The notes under the pieces were generated by a model. It saw only the letters and a program-made list of their open reading frames with translations. It was not told the origin of the DNA and searched no databases. A DNA stretch of 64,000 nucleotides from Octopus sinensis (Eukaryota), in contig NC_042999.1 of NCBI RefSeq assembly GCF_006345805.1, forward strand, positions 86,490,001 through 86,554,000, given 5' to 3'. This document shows, one piece after another, positions 25,490-39,000 of this stretch (the stretch's first letter is position 1; every line of letters starts with the position of its first letter). The position numbers and the translations under genes were made by a program.

Positions 25490-26290
25490 TCCCCTTCATC
25501 ACTATCGTCGTCATCGTTTAGCGTCCGCTTTCCATGCTGGTATGGGTCGGACAGTTTGACTGAGGACTAATAAGCCAGAAAGCTGTACCAGGCTCCAGTC
25601 TGATCCGGCAAAGTTTCTACAGTTGGATACCCTTCCTAACGCCAACCACTCCGATGGTGTAGCGGGTGCTTTTTACGTGCCACCGGCACGAGGGCCAGTC
25701 AGGCGGTACGGGCATCGACTACACTTGAAGGGTGCTTTTTACGTGCTACCAGGACAGGAGCCAGTCAGGTGGCACTCGCAACAACCACGCTCAAATGGTG
25801 CTTTTTACGTGCCAGTCAGGCAGTACTGGTATTGGCCACGACGACAATCACTTCACTTGACTCAACAGGTTTTCACTAGCACAGTTTATTGCCCAATGAT
25901 TGAAGGCTATTCTTAAATGGGCTGGTTATACTGCTTTGGCATAGGTCACAGTTACAGTCTCACTTGGCTTGCCGAGTCTTCTCACGCACAGCATATCTCC
26001 AAAGGTCTCGGTCATTCGTAATCGCCTCCGTGAGGCCAAACGTTCGAAGGTCGTGCTTCACCACCTCATCCTAGGTTTTCCTGGGTCTTCCTCTTTCACA
26101 GGTTCCCTCTACTGCTAAGGTGTGACACTTTTTCAAACAGTTGTCCTCATCCATTCGCAGTACTTGACCATACCAGCGCAGTCGTCTCACTTGCACACCA
26201 CATCTGATGCTTTTTATGTCCAAGTTTTCTCTCAGGGCGCTTACACTCTGTCGTGCATGCACACTGACATTACACATCCAGCGGAGCATA

Positions 26291-26292
<2 letters not shown>
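25488..26292 (-). mobile_element. RTE-clade LINE 3' end with (GAT)n-like tail, within (TA)n
   Basis: MLRWMCNV..RRLRWYGQVLRMDED..GTCERGRPRKTW, and a 3' UTR with GTTGGCGTTAGGAAGGGTATCCAACTGTAGAAAC. (TA)n on both sides. Confidence 0.9.
25665..25812. repeat. Degenerate 66-bp tandem repeat in the RTE 3' UTR
   Basis: GGTGCTTTTTACGTGC is identical at 25665, 25731 and 25797. The intervening sequences are related (GCCAGTCAGG). Confidence 0.9.
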
Positions 26293-26327
<35 letters not shown>

Positions 26328-26328
<1 letters not shown>

Positions 26329-26450
26329 TCAGCTGGCAAAAATGAGTAATCCTGCGACGGACCGGCGTCCCTTTCAGGTGGGGAATTTCTACTCCACTGA
26401 AACTGAGAAACCGGCTCTTATGAGCATGGCTCGAGAAGGAACATTTATAT
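26328..26450 (+). mobile_element. SINE 3' fragment
   Basis: CTCAGCTGGCAAAAATGAGT..CCTGCGACGGACCGGCGTCCC..GGCTCGAGAAGGAAC. The first motif is shared with 52395-52570. Confidence 0.5.
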
Positions 26451-26459
26451 TTATATATA

Positions 26460-27722
26460 ACTGTTCCCATTCACAATCTTCATTGATAAAGCGTATTTGT
26501 TCCTCACGCTTAATGAATTCTTCAACAATTTATTCTTTTTTGCTAATAACGTATTTCCACGAGTATTCTTATAAACGCTGTAAAGACGTTTTCCGATTCA
26601 AAATTGTAGTTCATCACAAAACCTCGCTAAGCTAAGTATATATTTATATTTAAGATCTTTAAATTTTAATATTTTATAAGTCTTATGGTATAATATTATT
26701 GTTTTTTATGTAAATATTGATGTTTATGTAATGATGTAATTATCGTAATTTTTCTATATAATTATTAGATATTAACTTTAAGTTTATTCGTAAGAGTTTA
26801 CTTAGCGATAAATATATTGTTTGATAGCAAGTATACGAGTTGTTTAAAGTTAGGTTTCATGTATATACATGTATTAATAGCATCAATTTTAGTTTTAAAT
26901 TTCTTTTAATTATTTTTATAACTTATATATTGTCCTTTTAAATTGATAATTGGTAGTTATATTATTCCCATTGATAAATATATTTATAGTATTTAATTGA
27001 TACTATATAACTACGAATTGATTATTTCATTAAGTATTTTAAATATAAGATTTTTGAAAGTTATTATTTAGCCAACGAGATATAAAGATAGTTACTTTGC
27101 TATAGCGTTCGTTTAAGATTGTTTGTTTGTATTTTTGCAATTAGCTATTTCATCTTTAATATTTTAATATTTTTATTAGTATAATTAGAATAATTAATTC
27201 ATTAGGTCTTTATTATATGTGCATATATATTTATTTATAGAGATAATTTTAGATCTTAATTCTAATATTTATATACATTTATATATTTTCCTTGATAATT
27301 TATATATTATCTAAATATTATATAGTCATTTTTTTGTAAAATATTTATGTAATTAGATATTGTCTATAACTGATATTAGATTATTTTTGGGTTTCTTACC
27401 TTAAAAATTAATACTTAAAAATCAAAATTAATATTTAACATTACAGTCGATTATTTGACATATTCATAATCGTTAAGTTTCTAGTTTGATAATAGAATTT
27501 TTTTATAAGAAAAATTATTATTGTATTTATTTCTTAAAAAATATTGTTTAAGAAATTGATTATTTATTAAAATAGTACAATTAACCTGAAGATTGACTGT
27601 AACCATAATTCGAATTTTTAATTGAATTTAAATTATTGTTATTCGAATTGGTTTCGGGCATGAAACGATCATAGTGGTTTTACTCTTTATCTTATATTAA
27701 ACTTTTAATACTTTTTGATAGT

Positions 27723-27795
<73 letters not shown>

Positions 27796-27972
27796 AAATT
27801 TATAAGTTTAAATTATTAATTAGAATAATTTTTTAAATTTTAACTTTAATTTAAATATTTTAATTGGGAATTTTATATTTTATATTTTTTATATATTTTA
27901 TTAATTAATTTTATTTCTATGTATTGGCTTATGATTTTCACTGTTTTGCCTAATAGTGGTTTTATCTCTAAT

Positions 27973-27980
<8 letters not shown>
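26460..27980. other. Very AT-rich non-repetitive island of unknown origin
   Basis: 10-27% GC in the lines I counted. Interrupted by (TA)n at 27729-27792. Confidence 0.6.
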
Positions 27981-28041
<61 letters not shown>

Positions 28042-28790
28042 CTGATTCGTTGGAGTTTCGAAAAGGTATTTGTGAGAAGAACGCATCGGAAAGTTTGATG
28101 GAAACCTTTTAACCACGCGTAATACAAAACGTGCGTGCGCGCGCGTGTGTGCGTGAGTGTGTGTATGTGCGTGCGGGCGTGCACGCGTGTATGTATGATG
28201 GGCTTTGTACACCATCTTTCTGTCTGCCAAAATCACTCAAAGGCTTTGGCCATTTAGGAGGTGTAGTTGAAGGCATTTCCCACCAGTTGCTTTGCAGTGG
28301 AACTGACTGACAGAACAGAAATTATGTGCTTGGAAAGAAAACTTCTTAACCGAGCACCTAATAATGTATAATTTTAATGAGCTACAAAGGAAACACATGA
28401 AAAATTTAAGTATATTTGATTTCCTCTGGTATACAGCTATTTCATTAAATAAAAATGTCAACCATTCAGCTTACAGCTTTCAGTTACATAAGGAATATTT
28501 AATTAATAATGTTAAGATCTACGATTTTCCGTTCATAGTTTCTACGGCAAGCACATCTACTAACTGCTCGAAGAAATTATTGAAAACTTTTCTCCAAAGA
28601 GTCAAAAAAAGCTTATTTCTATTCCCTCCTCCCACCAAGATACTAATTCGACTATGTATGTATATTAACATTCGTACATACATAGAAACCCCCAGCACGC
28701 ATATTTATAATTATGTATGTATGTATGTATGTATGTATGTATGTATGTATGTATGTGTGTGTGTATACTATGTATGTATGTATATATGTA

Positions 28791-28891
<101 letters not shown>

Positions 28892-29254
28892 GTGTGTGTG
28901 TTTATGTATTATGATTTCATTAGCTGGATAGAACAAATATAGCGGCTGCAGCTACCTACCAACATCCTGTACCTGCACATGGGCCTAAGAATAAAAGAAA
29001 TAGCAGATATCATTTTCAGATCAATAACAACTGAGTTGACCTACAGGGCCCTAACATCTGGTAGCTAACTGGAATTTGTCTCATACATCGTTGCTCTGTG
29101 TAGATGCTTGACGAGATATGTTCGTTCTACGAAACTTTATAGTGCGTGTAACTGAATTAAACTGTTGTTAAAAAGTATATGTAACTCATACGATTTTTTG
29201 AGTAGCACTTTCTTTCATTTGTCCACTTGCTTGCTTACGCGCGCACGCACACAG

Positions 29255-29286
<32 letters not shown>

Positions 29287-30097
29287 ACACACACACACAC
29301 ACAGCTTTTTTCAATGCATGGCAGAAAAATGAATTAAAATATTAATCCCTTTTGGCATGAGATTATTTCCCTTTTCTTTCGATGTTTCAGCGTTTGATAT
29401 GTGCGTGTATGTTATATGCACGTTTGTAAGTATCTGTATATGTATGTATGTGCTTGTAAGTGTGTGTGTGTGTGAGTGTGTGTGTGTGTGTGTGTTTGTG
29501 CGTGTGAGTGTGTGCGCGCGCGCATTTATGTGTGTGTGTATTAGTTCGCGTGTATGTTTGGTTGAGAAAAGATTTTTTGAAGGCACCAGAATTGAAGAAA
29601 GGAAATTTTTCAAATTTTGTTGTTACGACATAATAAACTATGGCGTAGTTTATATATACAAAGACGATATCCACCCTCTCTCATAGAATTAAGCGTGCCA
29701 AGAAATTAGACATAAAAAACATTATTTCTTCTGTCCATCTGCCTCTACCTCTCTCTCACTTCTCTCCCCACGTGACCGGTGTTCGACCAAACCTGACCTT
29801 TCTTTGTTGGTTCGGCCGCTGTCCGTGCAACATCTATATTCTTCCCTGTGTCTGTGAAATCTTTACTTCCACACCATCTTAATTTAATACGTTCTTATTC
29901 GAAAGACACCTGTTATTTGTATTTGTGTAACCTTCTCCGTTTTTTTCCCGTCTTTGTTTTCGCTGCTTTCTTCCAAGGAATCTAATACTCTTAGCTTAGT
30001 TTTTCCTTGGGGCTGGCCATATTGGAGCAATCTCCCATTTTGTATTTATATATATATATATATATATATATAGCGGCGTACGTACACTTTGGTCTCT

Positions 30098-30129
<32 letters not shown>

Positions 30130-30134
30130 TGTAT

Positions 30135-30452
30135 GTATGTATCTAAAGAGCAAAAACCGCCTTCAGTCACGAATGACTATGGGATTGCACCTAAAAAGTT
30201 ACCCACTCCCAGGCATAAGTCTGTGCAAGGTTGACCAGCCTCCCCTCTCCACGCCACCAATGGAAAGACAAAGGCCGATGCAGCTTGGCACCATTAAACA
30301 CTGTAAATCATTTCTACAGTTGAGTGAACTAGAACAACATAAAATAAAGTGGTTTTCTGAAGAACATAATACACAGCCCGGTCCGGGAATCGAACTCACT
30401 ACCTTACGATTGTGAGCTTGACGCTGTAACCACTGAGCCATACGCCTTCACA
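30135..30452 (-). mobile_element. tRNA-derived SINE, third family
   Basis: Reverse complement has A box TGGCTCAGTGGTT and B box GAGTTCGATTCCC, then a conserved-domain-like body. Not foldable as a functional tRNA. Confidence 0.75.
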
Positions 30453-31029
30453 CAAACGCACACACGCACACATACACATATATCTGTATGTGTTTGCGCA
30501 TGTGCATGTGTGTGTATATGTTCAACAGTAGTGTTCGCGTGCGTGTAAGATTTTTGTCTTCTAACATCTTTTCCTCTTTTGTTTTATTCTTTTTCTCATT
30601 TTCTCGGGCTTACTCCAGCCAGTCTTCATCTAACCCTACCCAACACAATTATGCCTTTCACTTTCCCCAGCTGTACAGAAGCGGCATCACTGTTTCCCTC
30701 CAATCTACCTTTACACTTTAGCGTGACAAAATAGAAGTATCCATTTACACACACGCGCGCGTGCACACACACAAATACACACACCACCGATTTTCCAGTG
30801 TCCTTGGCTCCAAAACCTTGACTGTTTGCCGGTTCGTCCGTGCTTACGTAATAATAATTCATCATCACACATCCTACCCACTTATTATATGCCTAAAATT
30901 AATCTCAAGTTTCATGAGCTGATGTAAACTTAACTTCAACAAATACGTGGTATTAAATATAAATTTAATAAATGAAATATAGGTAGAAGTGGATTACATT
31001 AGTACATTTATACATTTTTTAATTACTGT

Positions 31030-31830
31030 AGATACAAAGAGTGCTGTATCGTTAGTGTTTCCAGTGGAATTTTAATGGATTTAATCAAGAAGGTATGGAA
31101 GTTGAGCATGAAGATTACTGTCTGTTTCGTAGTTGATCGTTTCATCTTGTATTTCGGATATTCAAGTAGGACATCTGGAATGCTTGAAGCTGAAGCTACA
31201 GGGGAGTCATTCTGTTTGGCTATCTTTTCAAAAGTTTCATGTAAGTGAAGTTGTTTCACCTGGCTTGTATTTTTCCCTGTGTAATTTTCAAGCATCAATG
31301 GAAGATTCATTAGTTCTTGTTGCGTGACGAAGGTACGCTTCTCTAGACCTTTGATAACTTTACTTGTTAATGCAAAGTGATTCAGCGACATCTGCTTCAT
31401 CGTCATTAATTCCTGTGCTTTTATCAACATTCAGAACTATATCCATAATTTCAGAGTCTGAAAGATGGCATACAACCAATGTTTCTTCGTCGCCTTTGGT
31501 TAAATTTTCTTCATGAATTTCATTGGCATTAGTTCCTAAGACACTTCTTGTATAAGCAAGAAACTCATGAACAACTGTTTCCCCCCTTTGATTAATAAAA
31601 TCTTGTAAAATTATTATCAGCATTTGCACCAGGTGAATCATCGAACAGTAGATCACAAATTATGCCAATCTTTCTTTAGTGTCGATGCTTCCACCTTCTC
31701 CCATTCTTTAGCAGGGAACCAAAAACCATCTTTCTTTTTAAATTCTTAAATAACTATAGGTACAGACTTGCTAGCATTCACCACCTCTAGCACACATTTC
31801 ATGAAAAGTAAAGCGATTATTTAACCTTTA
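31030..31830 (-). pseudogene. Tigger/pogo-like transposase C-terminal remnant
   Basis: EWEKVEASTLKKDWHNL...LSDSEIMDIV..DDE...VIKGLEKRTF...KQT resembles Tigger/TIGD C-termini. Multiple frameshifts. Confidence 0.6.
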
Positions 31831-33377
31831 GAGAGTGCAGTAGTCATTGGTCTTGGGGTTGGATAAGTGATGTATTCCTTGGACTTGGGCTTGGATAAGT
31901 GATGTACTGCTGTTACATTACTTACGAGGAAAAAAGTGAGATTTGTAAAATAGGTTTCGAATCCTAGAAATATTTGGTTTAAAGTTTCAAGCAAGATTCA
32001 AAACGCAACGACATCACTTTTGTACCAAATTGACTTTTCGATATCAGTTTTACTTTATTGTTGAAGTTTTGTGCTTCGAATACTATAAAGGCATCATATA
32101 GACAAGTTAATAAAATCACTTTAATTCAAATTGAAAGCGCAGCCGATTTATTTGGTTATTTTACTGTTAACAGATGCTCAATAAACTTTCAAAAGAAAAA
32201 AAATATGAGAGAAAAAACAGAAAAGAAAAAATACGTCGTGTGATTCGAAGAGCTTAAATTTTAACAGGTTACATTTTATTATTCTTTATAATTAAAAGTG
32301 GTAGCAAATACCGTTGAATAAAAGTTAAACTTTTGGTGATCCTAATTTTGGTCCGATTGTAATCAATTCTTTTTTTCCGTATGTCTAGACTTCCTTTAAT
32401 TTGTTCGTTTATTTATTCAACTTTATTCTTGCGTTAAGTAATTAAATATTTACTGTCTACTTACGTATTTCCACTTTTAAAAGCATTATCGTAAGATGAG
32501 TGAAATTTCATCCACCATATTAATCTAGAAACACTTACAAACACAGACGTGTGTATAATATACATACATACACACACACACACCACACACACACACATAT
32601 ATATATATATACATATATGTATGTATAAATATATACATGCGCGCGGGCGCAAACACACATGTATGTACGTATGCATAGTCTCATACATTTTTATAATTAT
32701 CTCTGAATTGTTTTTAATCATTAAAAATATATCATATCAGTTACACATCTTCCAAGCTGGGATAGTTTTCGTTCAAAGCTATTGAAAAAGATGAAATAGA
32801 ATTCAAGTGGTTTCTGTCTTAATTACAAAATTTTGGCGTGGTGACTCTAAGGGTTTCAAAATTGTAGTTTTATTATATCTCTTTATAGAACTTATTCCGA
32901 AAGGAAGGGCTCTTGATCGAAGTGCTGCACTAAGCTTTGAAAGTATATACTTAATGATCGTCCTAATGTTCAAATGATGCTCTCCCAAAGCATAACTGTA
33001 TTCACTATCCAAGTTCACATTACTGTTATATAATCTTAGAAATATTGCTAAGTATATGATAGACGGAAGCTTTCTAAACACCAATTTTTTTTATACAGTT
33101 CGTGAACTAGAATAATCGATTCGCTGAGAAATTATTTTAGCGTGTTCGAATGCAAGCCAGCCTGGCGACCCCCGTTCATCATTTGGTCAGATGCAGTAGG
33201 TATAATAATTACATTAAAAAAAAGAAAGAAATGGAATTATTTTATCAGAACACAAGCTCTATACCTGATTTAGCTCTAGATGCTATTCTACGGGGTTGGT
33301 GCAAGAAATATTTACAAGCCCAGCAATACCTATTCCTGACAAAGTAGAACGATTTCAATTTATATATACCGCAGGCA

Positions 33378-33594
33378 AAGACGGTGAGCTGGCAGAAAGA
33401 ATCATTATCACGCAGGACAAAATGCTTAGTTGCCTTTCTTTAGGCTTTACGGTCTTACTTCAAATTCTGCCAAGGTCGACATTGCCTTTCATGCTTTCCA
33501 GGTCGATAAGGTTTATACTAGCTGAGCACTGGAGTCCATGTAATTGACTAACCTCCTCCACTTACATTTCAGTCCTTGTGCCTTTAGTAGAAAG

Positions 33595-33596
<2 letters not shown>
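33378..33596 (+). mobile_element. SINE family B (tRNA-derived)
   Basis: GAGCTGGCAGAA..AAATGCTTAG..TTCAAATTCTGCCAAGGTCGAC..GCCTTTCAT. Confidence 0.75.
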
Positions 33597-33627
<31 letters not shown>

Positions 33628-33634
33628 TTTATCG

Positions 33635-35825
33635 ACCTGGAAAGATTCGTGGAAAGGTTCAGATCACGATTAAGGAAGACCCTATTCTTGAGACGTCCAA
33701 AAGCAGAGGAGGCAAGGTGAATTTCTCGGTGTTCTTTAGCTGGTTGTCTTGGATCGAAAGAGTTACAGGGGGTCAACAATTTTTGGAGCATTGAAGGATT
33801 TCTGTTTTCTTGGTGTTGACTTGGAGCTCGGCCCGACGATAGGCGTTGAAAACAACGTCTAGATTTTGCTGAAGGCTGGCTGGTTCGTGGGCGAGAGCTT
33901 CGCAGTCATCGGCATACTGTACTTCGAAGAGAGTAGTGGACTGAGTGTTTGATAGTGATTTTAGTTGAAGAGACTGCCATCGTGGTGATATCAAATTGGG
34001 ATACCATCTTCAGGGTTGAGGTCGTAGCGAGATAGTAAGGTCACAGCCTCAAGGAACACACTGAAGAGGACAGGGGCCAGGACACAGCCTTGTTTAATAC
34101 CGACTTGAACGTTGAAGTAGTCAGACTGATCACCACCCAATGTCACAGTGATTGTATGCCGTCATAGAATTTCCGTAGCATGGCAAGAAACTTAGGAGGG
34201 CATCCATACCTCTGCATAGTAGTGGGCGGTTAATAGTACCAAAAGCCTTAGGTCAATAAAGGCATACGAGGCATCACACTGCTGTTCTCGGCACTTCTCT
34301 AACAGGAGGCGGGAGACGAAGACTGTTGATAGCGCTACTGTTAGCTCTAAAACCGCATTGAGATTCTGGGAGGATTCCTTCAACGAAGTGGCCAAGAAGT
34401 CGAGAGAACAGGACGCACGCGTGCCAGGACCTTTCCTGCAACATTCAGGAGTGAAATACCTCTGCTGTTGTTGCTGTCTGACCGGTCTCTCTTCTTCATG
34501 AAGATGGTGATTATGTCTTCATGTTTCCAGCTTTGAGGGATCAAGACACTTTTTCAACAGTAGAGAATAATCTGTTGAAGACGCTGGACAAGAGCAGGGC
34601 TACCATATTTATAGATCTCCCCCAACATACCATCTGATCCAGGTGATTTCCTGTTTTTTTTAAGTAGGAGAGAGCTGTACGGATTTCCACGAGGGAGGGT
34701 TCTGTATCCAGCTCAGGGAGAGGAGGGAGATGAGGGAGCTCATCAATCAGTGTGGGATTTACCTTGTTCAACAAGAAGTTGAAGTGTTCTGCCCATCTGT
34801 CACGGATTTGGGTCTTTTCCTTGTAGATAGTGTTGCCGTCTGAAGATCGTATCGGATTGATATAATTGGAGGACGGACAGTACATGGATTTGGTTGCAGT
34901 GTAGAACTTGTGGATCTTATTTTCATCCGCAAAGTATTGAATTTCTGCAGCTTTGTTCTTCCACCCAGTGTTCTGAATCTGCCTAAGTCTGCTCTGGCAT
35001 TCTGAGCGAAGATCTTTCCAGTTCTGGAGGTGTGCGTTGGACCTGCTCTAGAGGTAGGCATCACGATCCCGGTTTTAACTTCTGAGAAGAGGGAGGATCT
35101 CATCAGCAGATTCATCAAACCAGTTAGGATTGCGACATCTAGTGCGTCCTAGTTGTTCGGTTGCGATCAGGGAGATATGTTTATCCCAAATATCATCCAG
35201 CTCCTCTTGGTTTACCGAGGTAGGATCGGGGAGTGGGAGAGTATCCAGTTTGATGGCAAGCCGATCTTGAAAGAGGCCACGATTCTCAGGATCATACAGT
35301 TTCGTGGTGTTCAGTCGTTCTGATGCTGTCGACTTTAGGCTGGGGGTCGAATGTTGATTCTAAGCTTGGAGCGGATAAGGTTGTAGTCTGTCCAGCAATC
35401 TGCTCCACGCATTACGCAAGTATCTAAGACATCGCCCATGTCTTGACGACGGACAATGATAATTTCTAGGAGATGCCACTTTTTCGAACGCGGGTGCATC
35501 CATGACATCCTGTAAATGTCCCGCTGTTGAAAGAGGGTGTTAGTGATGCACAGGTCATACTCAGAGCAGAAGGTGAGAGGTCTCTATCTATTAGCGTTCA
35601 TTTTCCCTGTGCCAGGTGGTTTGTCACCCAACACGAGAGTTGAAGTCACCCATGAGTACGATCTTGTCCGATCGGGAGATGTTTCGAAACGCAGTATGCA
35701 GAGAATCATAGAAGGTGTCCTTTATCTCTTCATCAGAGTCGAGAGTTGGTCCACAAACGCTGAGAATTGTCAGAAAACGTTTGTTCGAAAGTGATTTTAC
35801 ACGTACTTGTAATCTTAATGCACAG
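33635..35825 (-). pseudogene. Older RTE LINE remnant with APE and RT
   Basis: FLTILSVCGPTL..FYDSL..VLMGDFNSRVG (APE), RDRWAEHFN, VGIKQGCVLAPVLF, EVQYADD, SAFGRLKNRVF. Heavily frameshifted and cut before the C-terminus. Confidence 0.9.
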
Positions 35826-37703
35826 ACTTGAACCAGCAAAATAGAGTTGGTACAATCCATCTGGATTTTTTCATTGAGTTTCTGTCCACCCAATTTCACT
35901 TAACATGCGAATCGAGGTTGATGTAAAGAACACATCACTAGGTATCGCACAGTGGATAGAGAGATAAATAGATCGATCGAATGATAGGGCGATAGATAGA
36001 TTAAGAGATAGATAGATATAGATATACGTGTGCATAAAAATGTATGTATATAAATCTTGGGATTTAAACTCTTCAAAGCATTCGTTTCTCTCTCTGCGTT
36101 GTTTAGATATATACATATTAGAATTTGAGCCGATACCAGTTGTTTAAAACTGTTTAAATTCTATTTTATGATAGAAGTTAAATGCAAACATTGATTAAAT
36201 TTGAATATTACATAAACATGGACAATTTTAGATCAGAGATAAAAAGAAGTAATTTATATTCATCTTTCAGCCGTTAATATTTCTAAGCTACGATTCTGTT
36301 GATATAATTCGAAAGTTTAAGAAGTTAAAACTAAGAATAAGTTTACAGTGCATGTTAGTGGATGGCTTAAGAACTGCGACAGATTATAAGTTCAGTTAAG
36401 GCAATAGAAATTTATAAATGATGCGAAATAGGAAACGACTTTTTAGATGCAAGAATATTAACTTTGTTTAGTCTACTATGGTTTAGATAGAATAAAACAA
36501 ATTAGGATACAGTACCACAACAGTTAATAAAGTAGAAACACGAAAGAAAACCATTAAATGTGTTTGGCCTACATTACTTTGGCTGAGGAAGACCAAACTG
36601 TTGTAAAGTATAAAGTCTTCGTTAAACAAGTGGATATTAAGAAAGTAGTTGAAGTAATAAAAAGTTAATGAAATGGGTATGAAATCTTTGGAAATTAGAT
36701 AAATCTTATGAAAATCATTAACTTATATTAAGAATTATTAGCATTATTATTAGTTTCAATTTTTATTGTTATTGATGCTGCCTCTCAGCAAATTTATTGA
36801 AAGATAGATGAGAGTGGCAAGCATAATCCAAATAAACACGCCTGCTCTAAGCAAGCGCCTGTAGATTGGAGAAGGACAGCAAGGAGAGGGCACTTACCTT
36901 AGTGACAGAATAACCTGTGGTTTCTGTAGGGGTTATTTCTCATGTTTATACGTTTTTTATATTTAATACCATACTATGTCATTTATCATGCTTGCTCTTT
37001 TTGTCAACCCCTTTTGACAATAATCATTACAATTGTAGCAGCAGCAGTAGTGGTAGTAATAGTGGTATTAGTATTAGTATTAATATTAGTAGTAGTTTGG
37101 TTCAGGGAAGATTTTGTGCCCATAAGCCTTCGTTGAGTCTTAGTCTCCGTTAGTCTCGGAGTGAAATTGAGAAGACAAAATCTGTGAGGAAGCTTATCAG
37201 ATGGACTGCGTGAGTAATTGAGATGACCAACCTTGTCACAAGGTGTCACGCCGATTCCCCTTCAAAATAACCTTAAGAGGATACGTGAGAATACTCAACC
37301 AGTTTACGATAATTGCGAAAAGAAAAACGCTCATGCGCCGAAATCGACTCAGAGACGCCAGACACACACACTCTCTCTCTCTCACACATAGAACCACACA
37401 CACACACACACACAAATACATAGATAAATAGGCATGTATAGGTTGGTAAGTACATCCAAACGTACGTAGGTAAGAATGTAAATATAACTTAGTCGATTGA
37501 AACCAACACTGACGACATTTACCAGTTTTCTTGAGATACTTAACAGTTTAAAATCTTATCATTGTTGTAGTCCAGAGAGAAACACAATGAGAGATTGAAA
37601 GAATGTTTACTCGTTCTGACCTGTCCTTAGCTTTTATTTCGCCATCTTAAAGACAAGCGCAAGAGGTTGTGGCTTTGGTTGCAGTCCCACTCCGCATGTG
37701 CGC

Positions 37704-37776
37704 AGTTATGTTCCTACTGATGAGTGGAGAACATGGTAATACATGATGACCACGAAATCATTAATGGTATACAACT
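37704..37776 (+). ncRNA. Type I hammerhead ribozyme motif with intact core
   Basis: CUGAUGA (37717-37723), stem II GUGG/CCAC, GAAA (37754-37757), near-palindromic stem III AUCAUUAAUGGU, GUA triplet. Stem I is imperfect. Confidence 0.7.
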
Positions 37777-37915
37777 AAACCTTTTTTTATTGAAGGAATT
37801 TCTACTAGTTCATTCCCTCGAATTCGGCGCATGTGTATACTTATTGAAGTAGTTTGACTTTAGAGACCCATTAAAGCGTATGCTTTTACTGATAGTAATA
37901 GCCCTTGATATTTTA

Positions 37916-37974
<59 letters not shown>

Positions 37975-38172
37975 AGTTAATCCAAACATGAACAAAGAGA
38001 AAACACAACAACGCGTGGACTTGGAACAAATATAGTGTTATTGGACGCTCAGGAAAGGAAAGAAAGAGGAGGTTTTAACGTTTCGAGCGGAGCTCTTCGT
38101 CATAAATATAGAAAAAGGAAAAGTCCAAGCAAGGGAAGACGGAGAAGGAGAATCGCCAACGATACACACGAT
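37975..38172 (-). mobile_element. Penelope-like pseudo-LTR fragment
   Basis: Pyrimidine-rich on the minus strand, with an embedded hammerhead-like GAGC-TCC-GCTC GAAACGTT. Confidence 0.55.
38073..38107 (-). ncRNA. Hammerhead-like motif with an extra core A, C3 mutated
   Basis: UUU AUGACGA A GAGC-UCC-GCUC GAAA CG UU AAA. Confidence 0.5.
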
Positions 38173-38537
38173 AGAATAAGTACTAGGGGTAATGTTTTTG
38201 AGTATGCTAATAAAAGCTCCTATGCTATATATTCCGGTTGCCACTCATTTTCTAGAGTAAATTTATGGGAAAGTTATTAGTCTGGTGCCGCTATAGTGCA
38301 GGATGGATACAGTAATAACAAGAACTTTGGATGGAAATTAGTAAAACCTTTAATGCATTGCTACGTACGTTTCTAAAAACTCCATGCTTTAGTTGTATTC
38401 CCCATCCATAGAATATTACAAATATGATTTGCAAAAGCAATGAATTTTGTATCTCTCACAACAACTAAAGTATGGTGTTTGAAGAAACGTACAGAGCCAT
38501 GCATTCAAAGTATTCCTATCTGAAGTTCTTTATCTTA

Positions 38538-38577
<40 letters not shown>

Positions 38578-38844
38578 ACACATGTATGTGTATCAATTTA
38601 TTTATCACGTATATGTGTGCATGTGTGTACGCATACGTACATATATATGATACAAAAACACTCACACACACATACACAAAATACATATATGTGTGTATCT
38701 GTGCTTGTCTTCCACTGCTTGCAAACCGGTGCTAGTTTGTTTGTATTCTCGTAACAGCACGGCTCGGGAAACGAAGTCGATAACTGCAACTTTATTGAAA
38801 GGGAAACAGTTTATTAATTATAAAAAAGTTTTAAAATGATAAGG

Positions 38845-39000
38845 AGTGTTGTTTCGAAACTTGAAGCATTCTATGTCCAAGTGATCAACAGTTTGTCAAA
38901 TAGATGGGACTATGTTATCAATAATGAGGGGAAATATCCTGATCAAATATATTAATTCAGACCAAACAAAAAACGACAGCGCTTTCTTTCCAACCTAATA
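38845..39000 (+). mobile_element. Mariner 3' end (transposase C-terminus and TIR)
   Basis: AFYVQVINSLSNRWDYVINNEGKY followed by TTTCTTTCCAACCTAATA. Confidence 0.65.

Noticed and set aside
25665-25812. Identical 16-mers at 66-bp spacing, resembling a CRISPR array
   Set aside because: The spacers are homologous to each other, the array lies in an RTE 3' UTR, the context is eukaryotic and there are no cas genes.
30380-30452. tRNA gene
   Set aside because: A and B boxes are present but acceptor and anticodon stems do not pair, and the sequence continues into a SINE body.
36180-36720. Frames that read through if TAA/TAG encode Gln (ciliate code)
   Set aside because: Two different frames are both TGA-free for over 120 codons, which points to TGA scarcity rather than coding. 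No recognisable motif.
38175-38450. Protein-like stretch GNVFEYANKSSYAIYSGCHSF...
   Set aside because: It has in-frame stops, no start or splice context and no motif I can name.
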